The notes under the pieces were generated by a model. The model was given only the letters and a program-made list of their open reading frames with translations, was not told where the DNA came from and searched no databases. This document shows, piece by piece, positions 1 to 8,758 of a stretch of DNA of 59,771 nt; position 1 is the stretch's first letter, and each line of letters starts with the position of its first letter. The translations under genes and the position numbers were made by a program. The DNA is from an uncultured archaeon (GTDB lineage Archaea > EX4484-52 > LFW-46), in assembly GCA_902384675.1 (NCBI GenBank), contig CABMCT010000029.1:1-59771 (forward strand). The letters are read 5' to 3'.

Positions 1-2152
1 GTATTGCTTCGACAGTTCCTACAGCGCTGTAATATCCCACGATCCTGCTGTTCACCACGAGGTCCTTTGGCCCCGCACCGCATGAGCAGTGCGAAACAAC
101 GCCGCTGTGCGATGTCTTGCAGTTGTTGCAGACAGTTATCTCTCTTGTGTATGCAAAGTATGTTGTAAGTGATTTATCAAGGATTTTCTTTGTCATGTCC
201 CAGAGCGCATCGGGATCAGGAGATGCCTCGCCAAGCCAGATGTGCAGCAGGTTTGACGGGGAGAGTGCATGGAACGGCGATTCGTTCTTTATCTTGTCAA
301 ATACAGACAGTCCCGAATTGACATTGACATGCGTGAAGTTCGAGTAGTACGCTGCTCCTGCTTTGGGGTTTCCCTGCAGCACTGCCCTGCCGTTGAATTT
401 CTTGTAGTCGTCCTGCGCGAATTTGCCGGGCATTGTTTCACCTGGCTGTCTCCATATTGCAAGGTTCAGGCCGGTTTCATCAGACAGCTTCTTTGTATAA
501 TCCATCATGTGCATGAGAAGCTTCATTGCGTAATTATGTGCCTCCTTGCTTTCATGAAGTTCGTATCCAGTATGGGCTTTTACAAATTCGTTCATTCCGC
601 AGAAGCTTAACAGGTAGCTTTCGTTTTCCAGGTCAAAATAAGGGTGCTCATCCTTGCCGCGAAGTCTTGGCTGTGTCAGGAATGGTGCAACTCCTGTTGC
701 AATAATCTTTTTCATGAATGATTTTTTTGCCTTCATTACTTCTGCAAGAAGGTTCATCCTGCTTTCAACCAGCTCATATACCTTTGCATCATCCCCGCCC
801 GCCAGGTATGCAATTCTTGGCAGGTTGAATGAGCCGCACTGCAAAGCCCCCATGCTAAGGGTTCCCTGTCGCGCAAGCTCGTAGTCCTCAGGGTTCTCTG
901 TTGCAAGAACAAGGGAGCAGCATGAAGTGCATGCAACTTCGTCGTCGCTCACATTCTTTACATTATAAATATACGGCCCGCCGAATTTTGCAACATATTT
1001 CATCATGGGCTCAAAGATGTACTGCTGGAGCTCGGGGTCCTTGAACCATGCGGGCTTTACTCCTATATCATCCTTCATCCAGTGGAACATTGCCCCGTTT
1101 GCATCCCCCTTTGTCGATTCGAAGAGATACGCGTACCAGAATTTGAGGACATACTCGCGGTAATCTTCGTAGGAGCCTTTTATAACCTGCCCTCCCGGAA
1201 GAACAATATCAGAATCCTCAGTAAGGTATTTGGGCGGTACAACGAAATTGCTAAGGGATGAGAATGCTGCCTGGCTGCCGCGGCCGACAAGTATATGGTT
1301 CGGCTCGTATCGCATCATCTGCGCAGCCTGCACTATTGCAGTCGGGATTTCCACGCCTCCGAGATTCTTTGTGCTTGAATTATTCTTTGCAGCAGCCTCA
1401 AGGAAAGGTCCGAGTTCCCAGAAAAGATTCCTGAAACTCTGTCCGCCGTTCCAGTTCCTGCTTGCAGCGCCAAGGAATTCGCACACCTGCCTGATTGCTA
1501 CTTCAAGATTCTTTGCAGGGCGCGAGACATTTACATGCCTGCCGTTGCCATCGATGTACAGCCCGTTTCTGAAAATAAAGCGTGCGCTGTGCTGGTGGCA
1601 AAACGGCCTGCCCACATAATCCCTGTCATGGATGTAAATATCCGCGTTCATGTGCGCATATGCAGGATTTCCCCATGGCGTGTTGAAATTATAAAGCGTT
1701 GAGAATGAGTATTGCTCGTTCATCACATCTGCCATTGCCTTGTGTATGAATTCCTCGGAAGGCACGTGGTTGCTGTTTTCTGAATTGTAATTAAAGAAAA
1801 GGTTTTCAACATCTTTTATCGGAAGGCCAACAACAGAAAGCTTGTTTCTTGTTGCAAAGTCTCCCTGCTGTATTGCGTGCGCACACATGAGCTCTCTTAG
1901 CATTCGTGTAGAAACCTCATGCAGCCGGTTCTGTATGTAAAGCTTGTTCAGGTCTGCCATGATTATTTGCGTGTAATATTCCGCGGTTTCGGGGTCTAGC
2001 CCGGCCTCGTTGACATAGACATCATAGATTTTTTTCGGGTTAAAATCGCTTAGCTCCTGGTTGCTTGTCCTTATCTTCGGAAGCTTAAGCTCGGTCCTAA
2101 GAAGCGTTTGTTGCTTTTCAATGTTTGCCGCACTTATTTCAATGTCACTCAT
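1..2152 (-). CDS. nrdD: Anaerobic (class III) ribonucleoside-triphosphate reductase, 3' end runs off the left edge
   Basis: Manual translation from ATG at 2152 stays open to base 1. It has an N-terminal ATP-cone-like segment (LPKIRTSNQELSDFNPKKI), PFCHQH and TSCCSL active-site cysteines, a CNNC...CSC Zn site and the glycyl-radical motif SRIVGYY. It is missing from the ORF track because no stop is in the window. Confidence 0.93.
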   Translation of the reverse strand, partial: MSDIEISAANIEKQQTLLRTELKLPKIRTSNQELSDFNPKKIYDVYVNEAGLDPETAEYYTQIIMADLNKLYIQNRLHEVSTRMLRELMCAHAIQQGDFATRNKLSVVGLPIKDVENLFFNYNSENSNHVPSEEFIHKAMADVMNEQYSFSTLYNFNTPWGNPAYAHMNADIYIHDRDYVGRPFCHQHSARFIFRNGLYIDGNGRHVNVSRPAKNLEVAIRQVCEFLGAASRNWNGGQSFRNLFWELGPFLEAAAKNNSSTKNLGGVEIPTAIVQAAQMMRYEPNHILVGRGSQAAFSSLSNFVVPPKYLTEDSDIVLPGGQVIKGSYEDYREYVLKFWYAYLFESTKGDANGAMFHWMKDDIGVKPAWFKDPELQQYIFEPMMKYVAKFGGPYIYNVKNVSDDEVACTSCCSLVLATENPEDYELARQGTLSMGALQCGSFNLPRIAYLAGGDDAKVYELVESRMNLLAEVMKAKKSFMKKIIATGVAPFLTQPRLRGKDEHPYFDLENESYLLSFCGMNEFVKAHTGYELHESKEAHNYAMKLLMHMMDYTKKLSDETGLNLAIWRQPGETMPGKFAQDDYKKFNGRAVLQGNPKAGAAYYSNFTHVNVNSGLSVFDKIKNESPFHALSPSNLLHIWLGEASPDPDALWDMTKKILDKSLTTYFAYTREITVCNNCKTSHSGVVSHCSCGAGPKDLVVNSRIVGYYSAVGTVEAI

Positions 2153-2220
2153 GTCATCCATCCTCATAAAAAATTTCAACACTACAAAATTATATTTTAA
2201 TCTTATATTCTTTTGCCTCA

Positions 2221-2670
2221 TTACAGCAACTTGTCGATTTCCTTTTTGAAAGACTCGACATCGGTAAATCTTTTGTAGACCGATGCAAATCTGATATATG
2301 CGACTTCGTCAAGCGATTTTAACTTGCGCATCACAACCTGACCTATTTCCGAGCTTTTTACCTCGTGGTCGTCTTCATGCTTCTGCCTTATCTCGGATTC
2401 TATGTCGTTGGCAAGCTTATCTATTGCCTCGTGAGTTATCGGCCTTTTCTCGCATGCGTGCATTATGCCTCGCTTTACCTTTTCCCTGTCAAACTCTTCC
2501 CGGTTCCCGTCCTTTTTAATGACAAGAAGCGACGGCAGTTCTATGCGCTCGTAAGTCGTAAAGCGCCTGCTGCATTTCTCGCACTCTCTTCGCCTTCGGT
2601 TTATGTTGTCTTCGGATTCGCGCGAGTCAAGGACTTTTGTTTCTGTATGCGAGCAAAAAGGGCATTTCAC
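2221..2670 (-). CDS. nrdR: NrdR transcriptional repressor (Zn ribbon + ATP cone)
   Basis: MKCPFC...DSR...RRRRECEKCSRRFTTYE, then ATP cone VIKKDGNREEFDREK and C-terminal LDEVAYIRFASVY. GTG start; directly upstream of nrdD. Confidence 0.97.
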   Translation of the reverse strand: MKCPFCSHTETKVLDSRESEDNINRRRRECEKCSRRFTTYERIELPSLLVIKKDGNREEFDREKVKRGIMHACEKRPITHEAIDKLANDIESEIRQKHEDDHEVKSSEIGQVVMRKLKSLDEVAYIRFASVYKRFTDVESFKKEIDKLL

Positions 2671-2840
2671 GATTTACCACCTTGTTGTTTTTGTAAATCG
2701 TGAAAGCCTTGAACTTCGCGCTCAATGGCTGATAAGGCGAAGCGAATGGATTTCCAACCATCAGCATTATGCAGTGGGTTGGAAAGCTTGGAATACTCAT
2801 CACATGATTTTTCGCCATTCAATGAATGCATTGGGCGAAA
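2665..2840 (+). repeat. Modular palindromic repeat array, copy in the nrdR leader
   Basis: Contains a 13-bp perfect IR (2665-2677/2693-2705), an AAAGCC...GAATGGATTT junction, TTTCCAACCA...TGGGTTGGAAA, AAAGCTTG...CATGATTTTT and TTTTCGCCA...TGGGCGAAA. It is collinear with the copy at 16455-16592. Confidence 0.88.
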
Positions 2841-2867
2841 CTTCTTTGAATAAAGGGGGCATTTCAT
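2667..2867 (-). other. Possible 66-aa upstream ORF (MKCPLYSKKF...) whose stop overlaps the nrdR GTG
   Basis: AAGGTGA ribosome site 5 nt before ATG 2867. The first codons duplicate the nrdR start, and TGA overlaps the nrdR start as GTGA. The body is repeat-derived, so coding function is unproven. Confidence 0.35.
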
Positions 2868-2903
2868 ATTAATCACCTTACACTACCAAGCGAGTGTAAA
2901 CAG

Positions 2904-2919
2904 TCACTAACACTTGGTT
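2904..2919. promoter_or_regulatory. Possible third, degenerate NrdR box
   Basis: TCACTAACACTTGGTT keeps C4, A6, T11 and G13 and lies exactly 31 bp from the 2935 box. Confidence 0.45.
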
Positions 2920-2934
2920 TTTAAAAATCCAAAT

Positions 2935-2981
2935 ATACTATATGTAGTGGTTATCCCCCTTCGCAACACTATTAGTAGTGT
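2935..2981. promoter_or_regulatory. Tandem NrdR boxes (2935-2950 and 2966-2981)
   Basis: ATACTATATGTAGTGG and ACACTATTAGTAGTGT fit the bacterial consensus acaCwAtATaTwGtgt. Start-to-start spacing is 31 bp, the known NrdR spacing. Confidence 0.88.
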
Positions 2982-2997
2982 TATTTAGAATCTCGTC

Positions 2998-3014
2998 TTT
3001 ATATATATTTTGGT
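2998..3014 (-). promoter_or_regulatory. BRE/TATA promoter of the nrdR-nrdD transcript
   Basis: The minus strand reads ACCAAAATATATATAAAG. The expected start is near 2975, inside the 2966-2981 NrdR box. Confidence 0.65.
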
Positions 3015-3058
3015 ACTTGAGCATATATTTTTCGACAGTTATTTCGAATTATATTTCT

Positions 3059-3211
3059 TTAATAAATTACTTCACTGTAATCGAATAATTGCTGTTGGCC
3101 GTAAACTCTTGACGCCGGCTTTATGTCTGAAACAGGATATTTCCTGCTCAGTTCCACTATTTTCTGCTTCATCCTGTGGCGCATGATGAAGCGCTCTGCT
3201 CTGTGGTTCAT
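3059..3211 (-). CDS. Putative 50-aa small protein (MNHRAERFIMRHRMKQKIVELSRKYPVSDIKPASRVYGQQQLFDYSEVIY)
   Basis: Found by manual translation, below the track cutoff. It fills an otherwise empty gap, and TTTATAAG begins 30 nt before the ATG (leaderless geometry). Confidence 0.5.
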   Translation of the reverse strand: MNHRAERFIMRHRMKQKIVELSRKYPVSDIKPASRVYGQQQLFDYSEVIY

Positions 3212-3280
3212 ACTAGAACTAAGTTTTGGGCGCCTTATAAATATGCCGCCTACATGTTGCCGATAGAATTTCAGGTGTGT

Positions 3281-3661
3281 TTATCCGAAGAGGTCTTTCT
3301 TTGTCCAGAGATACCAGACAATAACCCCGGATATAATTATGCCAAGAATGCTTAGTGAAGCAAGGCTTGAGAGCAATCCGATGCCTTCCAATATAAGCGT
3401 TACTGTCCATGCCCATTTTTTCATATTCCACAAGCCATAGTTTATTACAAACTCGACAATGCCCAGAACGAGAATAAAAATACCTGCAAATGCTCCAAGC
3501 CCGCCGAAGAGTACACCAAGCATTCCGGCATAGCTCATCATGCTACCGAGCCCAACCATTGCAATTCCGAGAAGCACAAGCAATCCTGCGCCGATAAATC
3601 CCAGAATGCTGAGTATTGTCACTCCCAAAGGCCTTTCCACGGTTTTATTGCTCTTAGCCAT
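3281..3661 (-). CDS. Small multi-pass membrane protein, unknown function
   Basis: 126 aa with about four Gly-rich hydrophobic segments and an RPLGVTIL N-terminus. Confidence 0.75.
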   Translation of the reverse strand: MAKSNKTVERPLGVTILSILGFIGAGLLVLLGIAMVGLGSMMSYAGMLGVLFGGLGAFAGIFILVLGIVEFVINYGLWNMKKWAWTVTLILEGIGLLSSLASLSILGIIISGVIVWYLWTKKDLFG

Positions 3662-3714
3662 ATCGTCACTATATCTATTATATCAAGTATTAGTATATAA
3701 AGCGATTTTTCGGC

Positions 3715-4230
3715 TTAAATGACCTTTTTTCCTCTTTCCTGCGATATAACGGTTAGTTTTGCCCCGCCGAATTTTTTTGTAAGCTCTTTTCCCTCGAAGA
3801 ATTCATGCAAAAAAACAGCAAGCGCAGCCACTTCAGAATGGGGTTGGCCGGTTACGGCAATGTTATAATCTGCAAGCTGATAGACTTCCCCGGGAACTTT
3901 TTCCCCGCCGACGATTATTAGCACGTCTTTTCCTTTTGATTTCTCTTTTATCTCGGAAATCTTGTCCTGTACCGGCATGCCGTACATCGTAAGATGAATT
4001 TTTATCCCTTTGAATTTCTCGATTATTTTTCTGGATTTTTCCTCGTATCTTATTTTGAATTTTCCACCCCATCTTTTTGCAACATCAGACACGGATTCAA
4101 GGACATTCTCGTCACGCTCCCCGGACAGTATTACTTCGTCTGCTCCAAGAGCACGCGCCGTAAGGCAGACATGGGTCGTAAGGCGCGCATCACGTACGCG
4201 GCGATGGGAAAGTCGGAGGATGGTGAGCAT
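3715..4230 (-). CDS. trm56: tRNA (cytidine-56 2'-O)-methyltransferase, SPOUT family
   Basis: [40 protein letters not shown] and [13 protein letters not shown] are archaeal aTrm56 motifs. Confidence 0.95.
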   Translation of the reverse strand: MLTILRLSHRRVRDARLTTHVCLTARALGADEVILSGERDENVLESVSDVAKRWGGKFKIRYEEKSRKIIEKFKGIKIHLTMYGMPVQDKISEIKEKSKGKDVLIIVGGEKVPGEVYQLADYNIAVTGQPHSEVAALAVFLHEFFEGKELTKKFGGAKLTVISQERGKKVI

Positions 4231-4333
4231 AGAATTTATTTAAAAAATGAGTTTAAAAAGAGCACACAAAACACATTATTTCTTTCAGTGATGATTTGTA
4301 ACCTATTTATGTATCGCACCCGAATATTATTGC

Positions 4334-6876
4334 ATGCATATCCAAAACGCCGACAGCAGTATGGCGGGGTATGCGTCAGAAGAGGTATCGTCTGTTCTAA
4401 GCCAGCTGGAATCCTCGCGTACTGGCTTGTCAACGCACGAGGCAAAAAGGCGGCTGCATGAATTCGGCCGCAATATTATTGCCGAAAAGGAAGGATTTAA
4501 TGTCCTCTTCAGATTCCTGTCGCATTTTACAAACCCTCTGATTCTGATTCTGCTGTTTGCATCAGCCATATCGGCATTTTTGGGAGAGCGCATGAATGCG
4601 GCTATAATAGGCATTATTGTTCTTTTCGGCGTGCTCCTGAATTTCTATCAGGAATATTCCGCAGATAAGGCGCTAAAAAAGCTAACCGATTCGGTTAAAA
4701 CTACGGTAGCGGTTATCCGGGACGGCAGGCAGGAGGAAATCAGGACCTCGGACATTGTTGCAGGCGACGTGATTTCCTTAAGTTCCGGGGATATGGTTCC
4801 TGCGGATGCCCGGATTATCGAGGCAAAAGATTTCTATGTGAACCAGTCGGCAATAACCGGCGAGGCATTCCCGTGCGAGAAAACAGAGCTTAGGATTAGC
4901 GATGCAAACGCATCTATCAGTTCCATGATTAATGTTGTGTTCTCGGGCACAAATGTCGTAAGCGGCTCGGCAATTGCAGTTGTTGTCAAGACCGGCAAAG
5001 ACACGGAGTTCGGAAAAATTTCCTCAAAGCTTGCAGAATCTCCGGCCAGAAGCGAATTTGAGGCAGGAATTAATAACTTCGGAATTTTCATTATGAAGCT
5101 GACATTTGTCCTTGTTATTTTTATCTTTCTTTTTAATTCGCTGGCAAAGCACAATTATTTTGAGTCTTTTATGTTCGCTATTGCAATTGCAGTCGGCCTG
5201 ACACCCGAACTTTTGCCTATGATCATGTCGACAACAATGATAGCGGGCTCAAAGAAAATGGAGAAAAAAGGGGTTATTGTAAAGCGGCTTTCTTCTATTC
5301 CTAATTTTGGCAGCATGAACATACTATGTACCGATAAAACAGGCACCCTGACAGAAAACAGGATTGAGTTGGTAAAATATACTGATTATGCAGGGAAAGA
5401 TAATGAACGTGTTCTGTTTCTTACGTATCTGAACAGCTCTTTTCAGACAGGTATCAGGAATCCGCTGGATGAGGCCGTCTTGAATTTCAGGAAAGTCGAT
5501 ACAAGGTCATACAAAAAATAGATGAAATTCCTTACGATTTCTTCAGAAAAAGAATGAGTGTTGTAGCAGGCAATTCAAAAGGATATATCATGATTACCAA
5601 GGGAGCGCCGGAGGAGATATTAAAATTATGCAATTATTATGTTGCCGGCTCAAAAAAGGCTAAACTCAATAAAAAAGTTGCGGCAAAAGCGTTGCAGGTC
5701 TACCACGATTTAAGCAACGACGGCTATCGTGTTCTTGCAGTTGCAGAAAAGAAAGTATCAAAGAAGCCCAATTACTCCAAAGACGATGAATCGGATATGA
5801 ACTTTGCGGGGTTTGTATCATTTCTTGACCCGCCAAAAAGAGATATCAAAAGCGTGATTAAAGAGCTGGAGGGGCTCGGCATAGAGGTCAAGGTTATTAC
5901 CGGGGATAATGAACTGGTAACGAAAAAAATATGCGACGAGGTGGGGCTCCGGGTAAATGGCGTTATGCTTGGAGAGCAGATTAGCCGCCTGACCGACAGT
6001 GCGCTAAGAGTCAAGGCGCAAAGCACTACGTTATTTGCCAAATGTTCTCCGACAGATAAAAGCAGGGTAATTTCGGCTCTCCGCTCAGGCGGCGATGTAG
6101 TCGGTTATCTGGGCGACGGTATCAATGACGCCCCGTCTCTTAAGGCTGCGGATGTCGGTATATCTGTCAATAATGCCGTGGATGTTGCAAAAGAGTCTGC
6201 GGATCTGGTCCTGACAAAGAAAAGCCTGCATGACTTAAAAGAAGGTATTATAGAGGGCAGGAAGACATTCGGGAACACGATGAAATATATAATGATGGCA
6301 TTGAGCTCTAATTTCGGAACCATGTTCAGTGCAACGGGAGCAGTGCTTTTTCTCCCGTACTTGCCTATGCTGCCGATACAAATACTCCTGAATAATCTTA
6401 TTTACGATGTCTCGCAGACAGCAATCCCCACGGACAATGTAGATGAGGAATGGACGCAAAAACCGAAGCGCTGGAACATGGATTTTGTCAAAAAGTTCAT
6501 GTATGTGTTCGGCCCGCTGAGTTCTGTGTTTGACTTTATCACATTCTTTATATTGTTTTTAGTTATCAGGGCATCCGCCCCGGTTTTCCAGACAGGTTGG
6601 TTCATAGAATCCCTTGCAACACAAACGCTTGTGATACATATAATCAGGACAAAGGATACCCCGTTTATCAAAAGCACTTCAAGCAGATTATTGGTTTTGA
6701 GCAGCGTGATATGCCTGGCTCTTGGAGTAATATTGCCCTATACTTCACTGGGGAAAGTATTCGGGTTTGAGCCTTTGCCCGGGAATATTTTATTTATCCT
6801 GGCAATAATAGTCCTGGCTTATTTATCTGCTGTGGAGATTGTTAAGAAGTGGTTTTATACTAAATTCAATCTTTGA
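4334..6876 (+). pseudogene. mgtA: Mg2+-importing P-type ATPase split by a 1-nt frameshift at about 5513-5521 (track ORFs 4334-5521 and 5554-6876)
   Basis: TGE, PELLPMI and DKTGTLT lie in part 1; KGAPEE, TGDN, GDGIND and NNLIYDVSQ lie in part 2. Adding one A to the A6 run restores YKKIDEIPYDFFRKRMSVV. The span of 2543 nt equals 3n-1. Confidence 0.85.
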
Positions 6877-6884
6877 TTAATAAT

Positions 6885-7979
6885 TTATAACACTTTCAAA
6901 AGGATATGTTCCAGTTTCAGTCCTTCCTTTTTTCCTATTTCAATAATTTTCTTTGCATCCTTGAAATCTTTATTCACGATAAATGCAAGCCCATCCCAAC
7001 CGCCTGCTCCGGGGCATCGTCCTGCGATAACTCCTGCAATTTTCTCGCTTTCGTCTATGATTCTTGTAAGCGGCTCCGGCTCTATCGGGTCGAAATCAGG
7101 CACTAATGATGCAGTTTCTTTTTGAAGTAGCTTGTGGGCGTCTCTAGCTTCGTGCGTGTATTTCCTGATGTCTGTATCATTCATTTTTGAAAGCGCGTCT
7201 ATTGCTTTTTCCTCTGCTTCTTTTTGCATGTTTATTATTTCAGCGTATTTTGCAGGATTCTTTGCCTTGAATTGAATTACTGCCTTCACGCTGCCGATTG
7301 TGGATGTTTTAGCGCCTTTGATGTTGAAAAAAAGAACGTTGTACTTTGACGGAAACGCAAATGTTTCTGCTTTTATCCATCCCCACGGCTTTTCCACGCT
7401 TTGTATTATTGCTTTCAGTAATTCTGCGTTATTTGTTGGGGGCAGCACTATTTCCTGCGGATTATATCTATGGTATGTAATGGTTTTGCCGAACGAACTT
7501 GTCGCAATATCAAAACCAGAGCCCACTTTTTGGCTAAAAAGCGCATAGCTGAACTGCGAAAGTTTGTGTATAGTGTCGATGTTTTCTTCTGAATTCAATC
7601 CATTTGCTTCAAACAGTGCTTTTACCACAGAAACTGTTGCTGCAGCAGAACTTCCCAAACCAGTTTTCTCGTCTTTGTTTCCGAATATCGGGCTGTTTGT
7701 AACTTTGACTTTAACGTCATTTTTCCATTTTCCTTTTGCTTTGAGATATACTTCGGTTACGATATAAGGATAAACAATAAGCACTTTATTTTCCAGGGAA
7801 GGGGTTATATCAATTTTAAACTGCGGAGATATTATTCTTCTTTTTCCTTTTTCGTATTTTGCAGTTACGCCTTTATTTTGCTCATCAACTACTGCGATGC
7901 TTAAACTGATGTTTCCCTTTTCAAGTACACTATACCCGCCATAGAAGATAATTTTCCCCGGAACTGTTATTTCGCTCAT
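6885..7979 (-). CDS. Phosphomevalonate kinase, ERG8-like GHMP kinase
   Basis: PGKIIFYGGYSVLE, KTGLGSSAA, KVGSGFD and PGAGGWD; clustered with MVK and MVD. Confidence 0.85.
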   Translation of the reverse strand: MSEITVPGKIIFYGGYSVLEKGNISLSIAVVDEQNKGVTAKYEKGKRRIISPQFKIDITPSLENKVLIVYPYIVTEVYLKAKGKWKNDVKVKVTNSPIFGNKDEKTGLGSSAAATVSVVKALFEANGLNSEENIDTIHKLSQFSYALFSQKVGSGFDIATSSFGKTITYHRYNPQEIVLPPTNNAELLKAIIQSVEKPWGWIKAETFAFPSKYNVLFFNIKGAKTSTIGSVKAVIQFKAKNPAKYAEIINMQKEAEEKAIDALSKMNDTDIRKYTHEARDAHKLLQKETASLVPDFDPIEPEPLTRIIDESEKIAGVIAGRCPGAGGWDGLAFIVNKDFKDAKKIIEIGKKEGLKLEHILLKVL

Positions 7980-8758
7980 ATTTTCACCATAGTTTCAAAT
8001 TCTATAAATTTCTTGCCATTGATATAATCTAGAGCCTCTTGCTTATATTTCCGGTCTTCTTCTGAAATAGGTTTGTAATCCTCTACTGCTTTTTCTATGG
8101 ATTTGGCGTGCATCTTTCCGTTATTATACAGTTCTTTTGCTATCGATAATGCCCAAGCCTCTTTCTTTCTAAAAGCGCCTGAAAACTTTACCGACCATTC
8201 AAATTGTGTCTTGGCGAGTTTTGAGAAGTGCTCTGGAAACTCATCAGGTGCAAATTTTTTAATCCTCGTTTCAAAGTGAGTTTCAATATCTTCAAATTTA
8301 TTATAGTCTTTGCATTCTGCAACATACATAGAACGCCTGAATGCGATATAGGCACCCATCTGTTCTAAAATTTTGTCTGCAAGAAATACTGACTGGTGTA
8401 ATGGCGTTTTCCACGGATGTTTTGCGCGATGGGATCCGATTGCCTCGCAAATTTTTTTAATGTCTTCTTTTTTCACGTTAAAAGACAGGAGTATTTTTTC
8501 TGAAGCTCTCGAACTTTCTTTTGCGTGGTCGAGCTTTTCGGTAGATGGCCGTACAATATCATGGAGCAGCCCTGCGATATATGCAAGTTCCTGTTCTCTT
8601 TTATCTCCGCCCAGAACTTTCACAAACCATCTTGCTCCTATTGCGGTGAGCTTAAGATGATAAAAGTCGTGCGTAGCAAGTTCTATCTTTGTGGTTTTGT
8701 TTTTGACATATTCTTCAATTTCTTTTGTCGGAATGGCTAAAGCGGGCCTAATATTCAA
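7976..8758 (-). CDS. HD-domain phosphohydrolase
   Basis: HDFYH...AGLLHDI...SHR...FLADKILE. TTG start uncertain; overlaps both neighbours. Confidence 0.85.
   Translation of the reverse strand: MNIRPALAIPTKEIEEYVKNKTTKIELATHDFYHLKLTAIGARWFVKVLGGDKREQELAYIAGLLHDIVRPSTEKLDHAKESSRASEKILLSFNVKKEDIKKICEAIGSHRAKHPWKTPLHQSVFLADKILEQMGAYIAFRRSMYVAECKDYNKFEDIETHFETRIKKFAPDEFPEHFSKLAKTQFEWSVKFSGAFRKKEAWALSIAKELYNNGKMHAKSIEKAVEDYKPISEEDRKYKQEALDYINGKKFIEFETMVKI

Noticed and set aside
117-1619. Short track ORFs over nrdD, and the many antisense or nested 60-220 aa ORFs throughout the window
   Set aside because: They are shadows of longer genes that carry recognisable motifs.
2178-2195. NrdR box directly upstream of nrdD (ACACTACAAAATTATA)
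   Set aside because: Only the left half matches; T11 and G13 are absent.
2879-2898. TACACT...AGTGTA palindrome as a fourth NrdR box
   Set aside because: The spacer is 2 nt too long and it is out of the 31-bp phase.
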